DNA of 64,000 bases from Octopus vulgaris (Eukaryota), in NCBI GenBank assembly GCA_951406725.2, contig OX597819.1:42966001-43030000 (forward strand). Direction: 5' to 3'. The first letter of the stretch is position 1; every line of letters starts with the position of its first letter. Under the pieces are notes generated by a model that searched no databases, was not told where the DNA came from, and worked only from the letters and a program-made list of their open reading frames with translations. Position numbers and translations under genes: made by a program. Positions 52,483 to 64,000 of the stretch are shown one piece after another.

Positions 52483-52720
52483 TTTTTATTTCTTTATTGC
52501 CCACAAGGGGCTAAACATAGAGGGAACAAACAAGGACCGACAAAGGGATTAAGTCGATTACATTGACCCCCAGTACATAACTAGTACTTAATTTATCGAC
52601 CCCGAAAGGATGAAAGACAAAGTGGAGCTCAGCGGAATTTGAACTCAGAACGTAATGGTAGATGAAATACCGCTAAGCATTTTGACCGGGGTGCTAACGT
52701 TTCTGCCAGCTCGCTGCCTT
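52483..52720 (-). mobile_element. SINE family B, full length, with probable TSD
   Basis: Reverse complement of 28921-29155, flanked by ttgtcaca and ttgtcgca. Older relatives near 40900-41010, 44365-44500 and 53583-53670. Confidence 0.8.
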
Positions 52721-53196
52721 GTCGCATCCTGTGTCACACTGAACCTCCCCTGAGAACTGCATTAAGGGTACACATGTCCGGGGAGTGCTCAACTATTTGC
52801 ACATTAATTTCACGAGCAAGCTGTTGTCATAACCAACGGTGTGCCAGTAACATTTGTATGGGTGTGTAATGTCTCTTCCCCCACCCCCGACTCTATCTGT
52901 ATGAGCATATTTATGTGCACACATGCATGCATGTTTGCATCCAGCACCAAAACAGGTCAAATATCAGTCAGTCAGCCATTCAAAACTGTAAACATCCAAA
53001 CAACAGCACTTAATCATCTCATTCTGAGGGAGCAGGTCACTATGTAATGAAAGCGGAAACAGCTCAGTAAAGAAATCACGCAAAGAGATTTTACAGACCT
53101 TGATGTAATCCACTTCAATGGATTCAAAATACCTTTGTACCAGCAGACTTTGCATACTGTGGAGTTTTATAAATGTATGTATATATACATATATAC

Positions 53197-53245
53197 ACTT
53201 ACCTGAAAAATAAAAGAGAAAAAACAAAATTAAAATTTAGAAAAC
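53197..53245 (-). promoter_or_regulatory. Juxtaposed 3' and 5' splice sites (recursive splice site-like)
   Basis: Minus strand reads ttttctaaattttaattttgttttttctcttttatttttCAG|GTAAGT: long pyrimidine tract, CAG, then a consensus donor immediately after. Confidence 0.55.
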
Positions 53246-53854
53246 AATTTACATGTAAAGTCAGTCATTAGTATTATATGTATATATAATATAGTATATG
53301 TACATATAAATTTTTTAAAACTTGATTAGTTTAATTACACAGAACTACATATATTAAAACATAGAAAAAAAGCTCAGAATATTGATTTATGAATTAAGTG
53401 TTGCAAGTTTAATATTTAACTTCAATACTTAATATTCTGAACAAAAGCAAAATCTTTTTTTTAAATAAAGAGGTTTAGATTGAAATATAGAAATGAAGCG
53501 TTCAGAAAAAGGAGGAAACTGAGATTGCATAAAATAAAAAAGTGAGCTAATCCAATAACATGAATAAATTTTATAATAATTATTGGTTTCTAATTTTGGC
53601 ACAAGACCAGAAATTTTGGGAAAGGGGTAAGTTGATTACATTGATCCCAGTGCTCAACTGGAACTCATATTGTGTGTGTGTGTGTGTATGAGAGAGAGAG
53701 AGAGAGAGAGATATGAAGAGAATCTAAATATAAGGCCACATACATATATATATATATATATATACATAAGGTGATTCAGAAGTCTCTTTAGTATTTAAAT
53801 TGCAAATAAAATTTTTAATCATTTATTTTGTTACAAAAATCTTTATGCATAAAT

Positions 53855-54225
53855 AAGGTAAAAAGTTTACTTCTCAACCACATGCCTCCCAAATTCAGTC
53901 CCACTGCATGGCACCTTGGGCTAGTGTCTTCTGCTGTAGCCCTGAGATGACGAAACCCTTGTGAGTGAATTTGATAGAAGCCAATCACACTCACACACAC
54001 ACGCACACATATATATATAAATAAAATTTGTGTTCATTCACCACCACCATTTGACAACTGGTGATGTGCTTACGACCCCCATAACTTAGCTGTTCAGCAA
54101 CACAGAGCAACAGAAAAAGTACCCGGCTTAAAAACTTACTGGGGTCAATTTGGTCAACTAAAATTCTGCAAGGTGGTACCCCAGCATAGCCACTCTAATG
54201 GCTGAAACAAGTAAAGGAATAAAAG
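53855..54225 (+). mobile_element. SINE A copy (diverged)
   Basis: cagtcccactgcatggcaccttgggctagtgtctt ... ctgaaacaagtaaag. Confidence 0.75.
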
Positions 54226-56119
54226 AATAATACTCTTTGCTACATTGTTCAGGATCACCAGGGATCACTTCTGACATATATACATACATGTGTGTGCATG
54301 CATGCATACATATTTGAGAGAAAATCCCTTGTCCAAAAAAAAGAAAAAAAAAACAAAAACAAAACAAAACAATAAAATGATAATCCTGTTGAATTCTCTA
54401 GGAATAACCTAGTTCAATTGTTCAAGATGGTCCAGCCAGTTGGCAACATGGAGAACAAGGCAAGAAAGCAACTATCCAGGAACACCTGAACCATGGAATT
54501 CAGAAGTTAGAGGAAAGGGTAATGAATACAGTGCCGGAGGTGGGGGGGGTGAAGTTTGTAATGAAGAGGTCAGAGGAAGGAGAGAGTGGGGGAAAATTGG
54601 ACAAGTATTTAAGAAGTTCACCTGGCCTCAACTGATTTTGGTTTGTTATTAGTTTATATGAATCACACTGTATATTTTTATAGACCCTTAGCAAAATTAC
54701 ATTACGCTGGTACAACATTCAGAATATAATAATTGTTATATTCCCCCATTTTCATTCGCATAGATTCCGATAAGGAAGAAAAGAAATAATAATGAACACA
54801 GATCCATTTGCTTATCTCATCACTTCCTTCTGACAAGTGATGTTAATACACCAATTAAACCAGTCTGCAATATAAATAAGGTTAAAACAAGCTGAAATTG
54901 GCACCAGAAAAGTGAAATCTCTATTTTAGCAAGACAGATGAGGCAAGATTAACAGAATGAAGACGAGCTGTTAGACAATAACCATACACTAAATAAGAGA
55001 GGAAGAACGACCAAATAACAAAGTTTCTTCTGCTGAACATAAATATAAACTGCTGAATGATTGAGTAGCCTTAACAGGCTACGCTGTTGCTTCCAGTTAC
55101 GATGTTAATATTGTTGTTTATTACGACCTCGTTATGGTTGTTAGAAGCTGGCATAAAAAACAGGAGTAATGTTGTGTGCAGAAAGAATATTCTGACAAGT
55201 CAAGTAGTCTATTTCGACAGATCATTTGCAGAACAGTTCTCTACAAGTCTGTTACTAATTGGACACTATAACTTGTGATGCACGTTGGTAACTCCGGCGT
55301 TTTTGTCATCTGATGATGGCTATGACCAACCATATGAAGTATTCAGAGCAAGTGCTAAAAACTACATGACAGATGATGTAGCTGCCATCTTCCCTCCACA
55401 AGTAATAAACAAGACTGACAATGGCGAAAAGCAAATAGTTTATTTTATATCATTTGACAATCAGAAGAAAAAGTACTACAGAAGAAAATAATAATTGTCA
55501 AATTCACACTAGAACTTAAATAACTAGTCTCAATTCAACATAATTTATTATTCCTTTTTTTTTTTTCTTTCTTCATCTTCTGGTTACCACTAATCTAATT
55601 AACAAGATTCTTACTGACAAAATTATAAATTATTTTTGATGACATAATAAAACAAAGAAAAACTTGTAAAAGAATAAGACAGTTCAGTGTTTATATATAC
55701 ATTAAGTGTTGGTTTATTTCAGACTGGGAATTTAAATGACAATTTTGTATTATTCTAGAAAACCTCTTTGTTATAAACTCACCTCTTCATAAAATAAACT
55801 CGTAAATTTTTGAGTAAAGTGTCAAAATATTTTTACAGCCAAATATACTATGGAGTGTGACAGCAAAGGAAAGGAGTCTGTAGAAAAATCTATCTACTTT
55901 TTTTACGTTGTTTTGCATTTATTTTTCATTCAAAGAATGTAAATTGTAAACTAAATGACATATGAATACTGTAACATAACATGGCACACTCACTTAGAAG
56001 AGAAAAACAGAAACAAAAATAAGATAAAGAGAAATGAACTTGATGTCCTTCATATATATATATATATATATGTGGTCATGGTTTAAAGACTGAAACAAGT
56101 AAGAGATGAAAGATAGAAC

Positions 56120-56520
56120 AATAGGCGCAAGAGTGGCTGTGTGGTAAGTAGCATATTTATCAACCACATGGTTCTGGGTTCAGCTCCACTACATAGCACC
56201 TTGTGCAAGTGTCTTCTACTATAGCCCCAGGCCAACCAAAGCCTTGTGAGCAGATTTGGTAGACGGAAACTGAAAGAGGCCTGTTGTAGATATGTGTGTA
56301 TGTGTGTGTCTGTGTCCGTGTCCCAACATCGCTTGACAACCGATACTGGTGCATTTACATCCCCGTAAATTAACGGTTCGGTAAAAGCGACTGATGGAAT
56401 AAGTACTAGGCTTACAAAGAATAAGTCCTGAGGTCGATTTGCTCGACTAAAACCCTTTAAGGCAGTACCCCAGCATGGCCACAGTCAAAATGACTGAAAC
56501 AAGTAAAACAATAAAAGAAT
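56120..56520 (+). mobile_element. SINE A full-length copy
   Basis: ggcgcaagagtggctgtgtggtaagtag ... tgactgaaacaagtaaaac. Other partial copies near 7640-7820, 16495-16650, 33710-33850, 35590-35750, 41160-41310, 45890-46085 and 59548-59700. Confidence 0.85.
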
Positions 56521-56862
56521 CAAAGGGTTAATTTGAGATGAGATTATTATAAACAATCTGGAGAAGAAGAGAAAAAAAAAAGACTGAAACACAGAGCATG
56601 ATATAGCTCAGATAAATTTGGTTTGAGAATTGAACTAATAATATATGCATAAATTAAATTAAGAATACGTACAAAACAAATTCATATTAAATTAAAACAA
56701 ATGTGTATTTCCTTTTGGGATGTTTACCAACAAAACAGGATGCACCAATAAGTTTTCAGACAGGTCTTTCAGTGCAATTGTTATCCCTTCTATCCTCTCC
56801 ATGTACAAAAACCTAAAAACATCCTATATTTCATAAACATATCTAACAGCATCTTATAAGTA

Positions 56863-57833
56863 TGAGGGGGTGCTGAAAAGTTCCTGGCCTTGGGTAAAAG
56901 AAAATATAGGAGGATTAGTTAATTGTGATTTTATTGAACATGGGTGCAGGAGTGGCTGTGTGGTAAGTAGTGAGCTGGCAGAAACGTTAGCACGCCGGGC
57001 GAAATGCTCAGCGGTATTTTGTCTGCCACTACGTTCTGAGTTCAAATTCCGCCGAGGTCAACTTTGCCTTTCATCCTTTCGGGGGTCGATTAAATAAGTA
57101 CCAGTTACGCACTGGGGTCGATATAATTGACTTAATCCGTTTGTCTGTCTTCTCTGTGTTTAGCCCCTTGTGGGTAGTAAAGAAACAGGTATTTCGTCTG
57201 CCATTACGTTCTGAGTTCAAATTCTGCCGAGGTCGACTTTGCCTGTCATCCTTACGGGGTCGATAAAATAAGTACCAGTTACGCACTGGGGTCGATATAA
57301 TTGACTTAATCCGTTTGTCTGTCCCCTCTGTGTGTAGCCTCTTGTGGGCAGTAAAGAAATAAGTAGCTAGCTTACCAACCATATAGTTCTGGATTCAGTC
57401 CCACTGCATAGCACCTTGGGCAAGTGTCTTCTACCAAAGCCTTGGGAGTGGATTTGGTAGATGGAAACTGAAAGAAGCCCGTCGTGTATGTGTGAGTATG
57501 TATGTGTCCCCGTGTTTGTTCTCCCAACATCACTTGACAACCGATGGTGTGTTTACGTTCCTGTAACTTAGCGGTTCAGCAAAAGAGACCGATAGAATAA
57601 GTACTAGACTTACAAAGAACGGGGTCAATTTGCTCAACTAATGGCAGTGCTCCAGCATGGCCACAGTCGAATGACTGAAACAAATAAAAGAATATTCCCT
57701 CTTAGATTAACACACTCATTGCAGCAGTCCTTCAGTACTTCTAAACCCTATAAAAAAAATACTTGGAAGGTTGGGCCTCCAACCAGGCCTTTTGTGATAC
57801 TCTTAAAGCCAGGAACTTTTCAGCAGCCCCTCG
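56863..57833. mobile_element. Mariner-like MITE with TA TSDs, split by nested SINEs
   Basis: TA|tgagggggtgctgaaaagttcctggc ... gccaggaacttttcagcagcccctcg|TA. Halves 56863-56942 and about 57693-57833 sum to about 221 bp. Confidence 0.85.
56943..57694 (+). mobile_element. SINE A containing a dimeric SINE B (56971-57360)
   Basis: SINE A head breaks after taagtag (56964-56970) and resumes after taagtag (57360-57366). The SINE B body occurs twice in tandem. Confidence 0.88.
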
Positions 57834-58189
57834 TATACTTATTCTTTCTTCCAACATAATTTTTTTTCTTTTTGCTTACAAGTTGTACCAAAGTGGATAT
57901 AAAAAAAAATATTCCTATAGCTAATATGAAATGCTAAATGCTATTAGTTGACTAATTGTAAGCTAAATTACTATGTTGGTGCACATAATTTTCCTTTAGA
58001 TGGCTGCAAGCTATAAAAGTAAAAAATAAAATCACAGACAGAGATGACATAAGGACAGCTTATTCCAAATAGCAGCTACATTATACAAATATGGAGGCCT
58101 AACAGAGACAACTTGAGTTGTAACTGATAACACTTGAGGAAAGTGCTTCTTTTCCACTCACCAAAGTGAATGGAGCTTTGGTCAGATGG

Positions 58190-58625
58190 AACTAATGCCA
58201 TCCAGACAGTATCCAATGATCACTGGGTGTTTCAACCTTGAACTGTAAACCTCTTGTTGGTGGGTTAGCAGCGGTGGCCAAATCACTACTCGTCATCTCC
58301 TGGTTTCCAGTGTAACTCTTCTCTCTTGCTCCACAACCAGCAAGAAGCTCTTTCTACTTTCTCTCCCATACTGCATACGGCCATCTTTCACTCTTTACCT
58401 CTCAATCCAATGGCTGTAAGCATCTTCCATACCAGCTGGGCAGTGAATCCCCTACGGCCAACCTCAACTGGGAAAAGCCATGACTGCCATCTCTTCTCCC
58501 AGCAATCCTGTCGAATGCTCTCAAACATGGTATGCTTCCATTCATAGGCCTCATCACGCAGTTCTTCCCATGGGGACTGTGAACTTGATGAAGATTATTT
58601 TCCTTGTCTTTTCAGACCACAAAAC
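58190..58625 (-). mobile_element. 5'-truncated HERO-like non-LTR retrotransposon (restriction-like endonuclease C-terminus plus 3' UTR)
   Basis: Frameshifted WSEKTRKIIFIKFTVP/WEE..DEAYEWK...WLFPVEVGRRGFTAQLVWKMLTAIGLRG...ERASCWLWSKREE, matching the ELTVPWEE, PVEVGCRGF and AERASxWLW motifs. Stop at 58288-58286. Confidence 0.8.
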
Positions 58626-59129
58626 AAAAGAATACTATCTATGGATGCATATGTGTTTTACATCCCAAAATGAAATGATCCACAACATGGAACTGGTTTG
58701 CAGCCAGAAGACTGGGGGAGACCCATGTCCTATTCAGAACTATATTTATTTAGACTTACCCAGAGCTTTGACATTTCAGACATCATTAACCACCCCCTCC
58801 AAATAAAATAATACAAAAGAGTTTAGTTTGAACAAAAACAGAATTGTTTCTAAACAGATCAACCACCATTTATGTATTCTGAATGACACCTTTCAATGCA
58901 GGTACTCTCTGATATGATTCCATGTGAAATGAAATCTCTTTAAATATCACTTTTCTATTCCTTCTTTTCCCTCTAACAATATCCTATATAACTTTTTACT
59001 TTTCTCCTTGTCCCTCGCTATATGCTATGTAACAAACCCGGTTTTAAATTCAGTATTCATTCTGTGATAAGGTTATAAAATTTTAAAGAAACATCGAAGT
59101 CAGTGGTAAATATATGTGCATGTGTGGTG

Positions 59130-59440
59130 AAGGTGCATGGCTTAGTAGTTAGGGAACTTGGCTAACGAGTGTAAATCACAAGTTCAATTCCTGATGACAC
59201 ATTGTGTCCTTGAGCAAGACACTTTATTTCACATTGCTCCAATCCACTCAGCTGGCAAAAGTGAGTAGTACCTATAATTCAAAATGCCAGCCTTGTCTCA
59301 CTGAACCTCCTTGAAAACTATGTTAAGGGTACATGTGTCAGTGGAGTGCTCAGCCACTTACACATTCATTTCCTGAGCAGGGTGTTCTGTTGACTAGATC
59401 AACTGGAACCCTCGTTGTCGTAACCAATGAAGTGCTAGTT
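59130..59440 (+). mobile_element. tRNA-derived SINE family C
   Basis: ggtgcatggcttagtagttaggg head, gtgtccttgagcaagacactttatttcacattgctcca core; its tail also occurs at 52725-52845. Confidence 0.75.
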
Positions 59441-59442
59441 TA

Positions 59443-59487
<45 letters not shown>

Positions 59488-60165
59488 GTTAATATTCTAT
59501 GGTCCAATACCAAATGTTATAACAAACAGTTAGAAGCTCAGCAAACAGATGGCTGTTTGGTTAAGGAGTTTGTTTTTCAATCGTGTGGTTTCAGGTTCAG
59601 TCACACTGTGCAGCACCTTGAGTAAAATGTATTCTACTATAGGCAAACCAATAAACTGTGGGTGAAATTGGCAGACAGAAACTGTGAGGAAGCCCATTGC
59701 GTGCATGTGTGTTTCAGTCAATTCATCATGTCAATATTAACCATCATCTTATGTAAAAGAGCACAATACAGTTTTACATTCTACCATCGGCAAATGTTCC
59801 ATAGTTCAACAGTTATGCGATAACTGGTGAAATGAAACAAATATCTTACTTAGGAAACAAGTAATGATTGGCGACAGGAAGAGCATCTGGCTGTAGGAAA
59901 TCATGATCATTTAATGTCTGATTTCCATGCTGACATGGGCTGGACAGTTTGAGAGAAGCTGACCAGCTGAAGGGCTGTTGAGGCACCAGGTCTGTTTTGG
60001 TATGGTTTCTATGATTCAATGCCATTCCTAACGCCAACCACTTTACAGAGTGTCTGCCAACATTTCATCAAAACCATGCTTGCATGGAAGAACATAATGA
60101 AGACAATAAAGTAATGATAATGAAGAGAGAGAGAGAAAGAGTGTGTGTGTGTGTGTGTGTGTGTC

Positions 60166-60199
<34 letters not shown>

Positions 60200-61274
60200 T
60201 GAGAGAGAGAGTGAGAGAGAAAGAGAGACATACACACAGTGTGTTGCTATATTTATATTCTTGGTAAACAGTACATCACATAGAACAGCACTCTCAGAAT
60301 GATGGAATAACACAACATAAGAGCCAAAGACAGGAAGAGCACATGTCTATAGAAATACTACCTCATACAAGTACTCATCAAACTTGTGCCGACATAGAAA
60401 AATGGACAGAAAAAAAAAATAGAACACTCAACAAAGAACAATTGTGGAGTGGGGTATTTAGGATTCACTGTTATCAATCCCAGACACCATCAAAGTACAA
60501 AAGAAATGTATGACAAACAAAATAAAACAAGCTATAAAAAAAAAAGCAGACAGCATAGGCACAGACATAGAGACACACAAACAATTTCTATGAAGAGAGT
60601 AAAGAATCAGGAAAAGACAAGTGTAAAAGCTAAGGTCAAAACTGACTATAAATGAAGGAGGCAAGGCCTAAGTTAATGATCTGCAATGAACCACTAATTT
60701 AAATATCATGAATTTCCTGTTGACAGAAATGGTCAACAGCTTTCATATATGCGCTATCACACACTCACACACAGGGTGGGTCTGTCAATTCCTCTGTGTG
60801 ACCTCTTGTGTGTACCAACGTTGCAGAATGTATTGACATTCTAAATATGAAACGTACCAATGTATACTACAGAATTAATTCAGTTTGAATTGCCACTAAG
60901 TAAATGCTCTTCACCATAAATCTGTGAAGAGGCAAGAATGAGGAGTGGATATTATGATTTGATTCATTCATACTTTTCTTTTTTTGTAAGCACATATGAC
61001 AGACAGACAGAGACAGAGTAATAGGGTCTCTTGATTAGGATACTAAAGGTAGACCAATTAACTTTGCTTAGAAATTCTGGTATAACAATTTTGCAACAAA
61101 ACAGAGAGAGGCGAGGCGGAAACCAAGTGACTGGTTAAAACACTGTATTTTCTGACATACAAATCGTATTTTTGGAATGTTAAAATTTACAACCAAAAAA
61201 CATTAGATTGACCTTGGAGGACCAAAACATTAGGGTAGAAAAGATTGTTGTTGTTGTTATTATTATTATTATTT

Positions 61275-61632
61275 CCATTTCACTTCTCAGAGTTCTCAAT
61301 TTCACTTGCTCCAGTTAATTCTCTAAGAATAAACAACAACCAGTTGTCAACGGTGTCTCACAGTGTCTCTTTCAAAGTACCAATCTCAAAATCCTCACCA
61401 TCCCCAATTAAGCAGTTTTCTGAGCATGTTCTACCCCTCATGTCAATCCGAATTTTCTCACACATGGTTGTTCATGATCTGAGTACCCCTACAACTACAG
61501 GTATGACAGTTTTCTTTTATCACCCACTCGTACATCCCAGAGTACGGCAATATCTATGATCTCGATTTCCTTCATCATTTTATCAACGACAACAATGTCT
61601 GGTCTTTGAGCATCAATCACTGAATCACACAA
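61275..61632 (-). mobile_element. 5'-truncated R4/Dong-like non-LTR retrotransposon (RLE domain)
   Basis: CDSVIDAQRPDIVVVDK..IIDIAVLWD...VIPVVVGVL...EHAQKTA*LGMVRILRLVL* with an internal deletion. The 3' end abuts a (TAA)n/(CAA)n tract. Confidence 0.8.
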
Positions 61633-62844
61633 TTGGCCTGATTGCTAATCAAGTTATCACTATCACTTTGCTTGCCTCTGAGTCACATACTACTTGTGCT
61701 CTCCTTTTTCAACAGCCATCCTGAGCCATTCTCATCTATAAGAAGACTTACAAAAAAAATTCTATTCATGAAACACGAAGAAGCTAAAAGTGACAGGGCC
61801 ATATATAGCTATGATGATGATGATGATGATGACAGCGACAATGACAAAGATGAATACTTCCTTATATAGCACATGTGTAGAGGGACCATAAACCAACAGT
61901 GGATATTTTTTTTTTTTAATCATTGATGATGATAATGATGATGATGAAAATAAATGTTTAAATTTTAAGAAATTGTTATTTCATGTCTGCTATCACCTTT
62001 AGAATTAACATCCGGTTTCAGAAAATTTTCAACAGGAAAATTATATATATATATATATATATACATACATACACACATATATATATATATAAAAAAAAGT
62101 AATAACTCACAAACAACACAAGTTGTGAAGGAGAAACCATATTTTCCCTTCGTACCAGTGTTAAATAGAGAAATCATGAGAAATCATTGTTCTCAACAAG
62201 CTTTCCTTCCCCTTTCCAAACTAACTGCAGCAATGATTTCTTTAATTAGCAAGCAAATAATTAATACATTTGTTTTCTCTCTCCCAAAGAGAGGAACAAA
62301 AGTCCTTTGAATATTAACAACTCTAGACAAAAGAAAATAATTTTTAAAAACAAATTGGGAAAAAAAGAAAAACAAAAGCAAATATAAAAAAAAAACAAAA
62401 ACAATCACCCCTTTCTCCAAAATGAAAATGCTGCTGGGCTACAAAGGAAATCGTACAAGAATCTGTGATTCACTTATTGTAATTAAAGCCAGTTAAATTA
62501 TTTTTCTTCATATAACAAACGTTTCAACAGAGAGTTGGTATGGCATGTTTTAGTTAAGAAACACTGTTCTACAAACATAAGGGGCTTGTAATTTATGGGC
62601 TGCATCCAAGATCGAAAGTGGATGGGAACACAAGCACTTGCATGTACATACAATTCACACATGCGCACGCTATGGCTGCAACAAATATACGAGTCATATT
62701 TAGATGCACATAACCTGCATTGTGTAATAAGAATGTTTCGAAAGAGAAAGATTTTAGTCTGGATAGGTAGCAAGTCTATGGTATGTATTATTCCATGTTC
62801 TGAGAGGTGGATGAAATAACAAATGCAGATGTGAGTGGTCTGCT

Positions 62845-63090
62845 TTCATCATCATCCTCATCATCATTGTTTAATGTCTGTTTTTCATGCTGGCGTGCCT
62901 TGGACAGTTTGGCAGGAGCTGGCCAGATTCCAAATAGTCTGTTGTGGCATGCTTTCTACAGCTGGATGCCCTTCCTAAAGCCAACCACTTTACACGGTAC
63001 TGGGTGCTTTTTACATGCCACCAGCATGGGTGCATTCACACAGCACTGGCACGAGTGCATTTTCCGTGGCACTGGCAGCTGTAAAGGACA
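62845..63090 (-). mobile_element. RTE-type 3' UTR fragment
   Basis: tttctacagctggatgcccttcctaaagccaaccactttacac with a (CAT)n tail. Shorter relatives near 16845-16950, 21990-22110, 34170-34280, 35810-35930, 51950-52060 and 59840-60050. Confidence 0.7.
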
Positions 63091-63862
63091 AGCCTGTATG
63101 TATGAACGACATGTAGGGATTGAACTCAAAGCCTATGAACTGATTGTTCTATATATGTTGTAAGCCACCTAAATAATTTCATGACACATGTATATGCATC
63201 TGTGTATACATTACTGATGTCAAACGGATGAGAAAGGAGTGCTCAATACATGTTATAGAGGCAGTGCTTTATATTCATTGATGTATGTGATACTCAAGTT
63301 GGGATGTATCTATTGTGTACTGTATATATTTCATGCAATTGTATGTGGAGGATGTTACTGATTTGTCTATGGTCAGTTTGTACATTGGTGGTAGGTGTAT
63401 TAGTTTATTTACATCATTATTTTATTATATATATATATATATATATAAGTTTCCCTCTTGTCTCCAGAAAAGACTGCTTTTCCCTTTATGGCATATTTAT
63501 GCTAAAGAATGGTTGGTTGCTTGGGATCCAAATTCACATCAGTGGCTACTTCTGAATAAGTTCTCTTAGCTAATTTTGACGTTTACACACACACACACAC
63601 ACACACACAATAAACCAAATATGACACCCCGCCCCACTCTCTCTCTCTCTCTCACTGTAGCATTACATCAAAGAGAGTAGATTCATTTCTAATTTCCATT
63701 ACATTATATAGGTTACATAAGTAACTACTGCGGTTGCCTGAAAATGCCTTTAGAACTGCCACTGATGGAAGTCAGATAACTGTTCTGTTCTATGACAAGG
63801 TGTGCAATGACACTTGTATATGCCAAAAATGGAAGCAAACAAAAGATAATTAACTAAAAACC

Positions 63863-63900
<38 letters not shown>

Positions 63901-64000
63901 TAATAATAACAATAATAATAATTATAATTATATAATAATCCAAGAAGGCTTTAAAGACTCTGTATTGGAAACATTGTTATTTGACACAGAGAATAAGCTT

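Overview
AT-rich, microsatellite-dense animal genomic DNA. The SINE families and overall composition point to an octopus (coleoid cephalopod); this is an inference. No intact protein-coding gene is visible and nearly all listed ORFs are microsatellite read-throughs. The A-rich + strand and the splice signals suggest long introns and the 3' end of a minus-strand gene. Supporting this are a candidate terminal exon at about 1700-1886, an 87-nt cassette-like exon at 10231-10317 and a strong CAG|GTAAGT recursive-splice-like site at 53202/53203. Well-supported content is transposon-derived: a full-length dead mariner, many tRNA-derived SINEs (some nested three levels deep), RTE LINE 3' ends (one with three C2H2 fingers), HERO-like and R4/Dong-like endonuclease fragments, hAT/mariner/piggyBac-like MITEs, a Helitron and a Helentron-like element. 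The most unusual layer is RNA-structural: several Penelope-type minimal hammerhead ribozyme motifs (mostly minus strand) and (TA)n-anchored fold-back inverted repeats, including a perfect 84-bp one. All alignments were done by eye.
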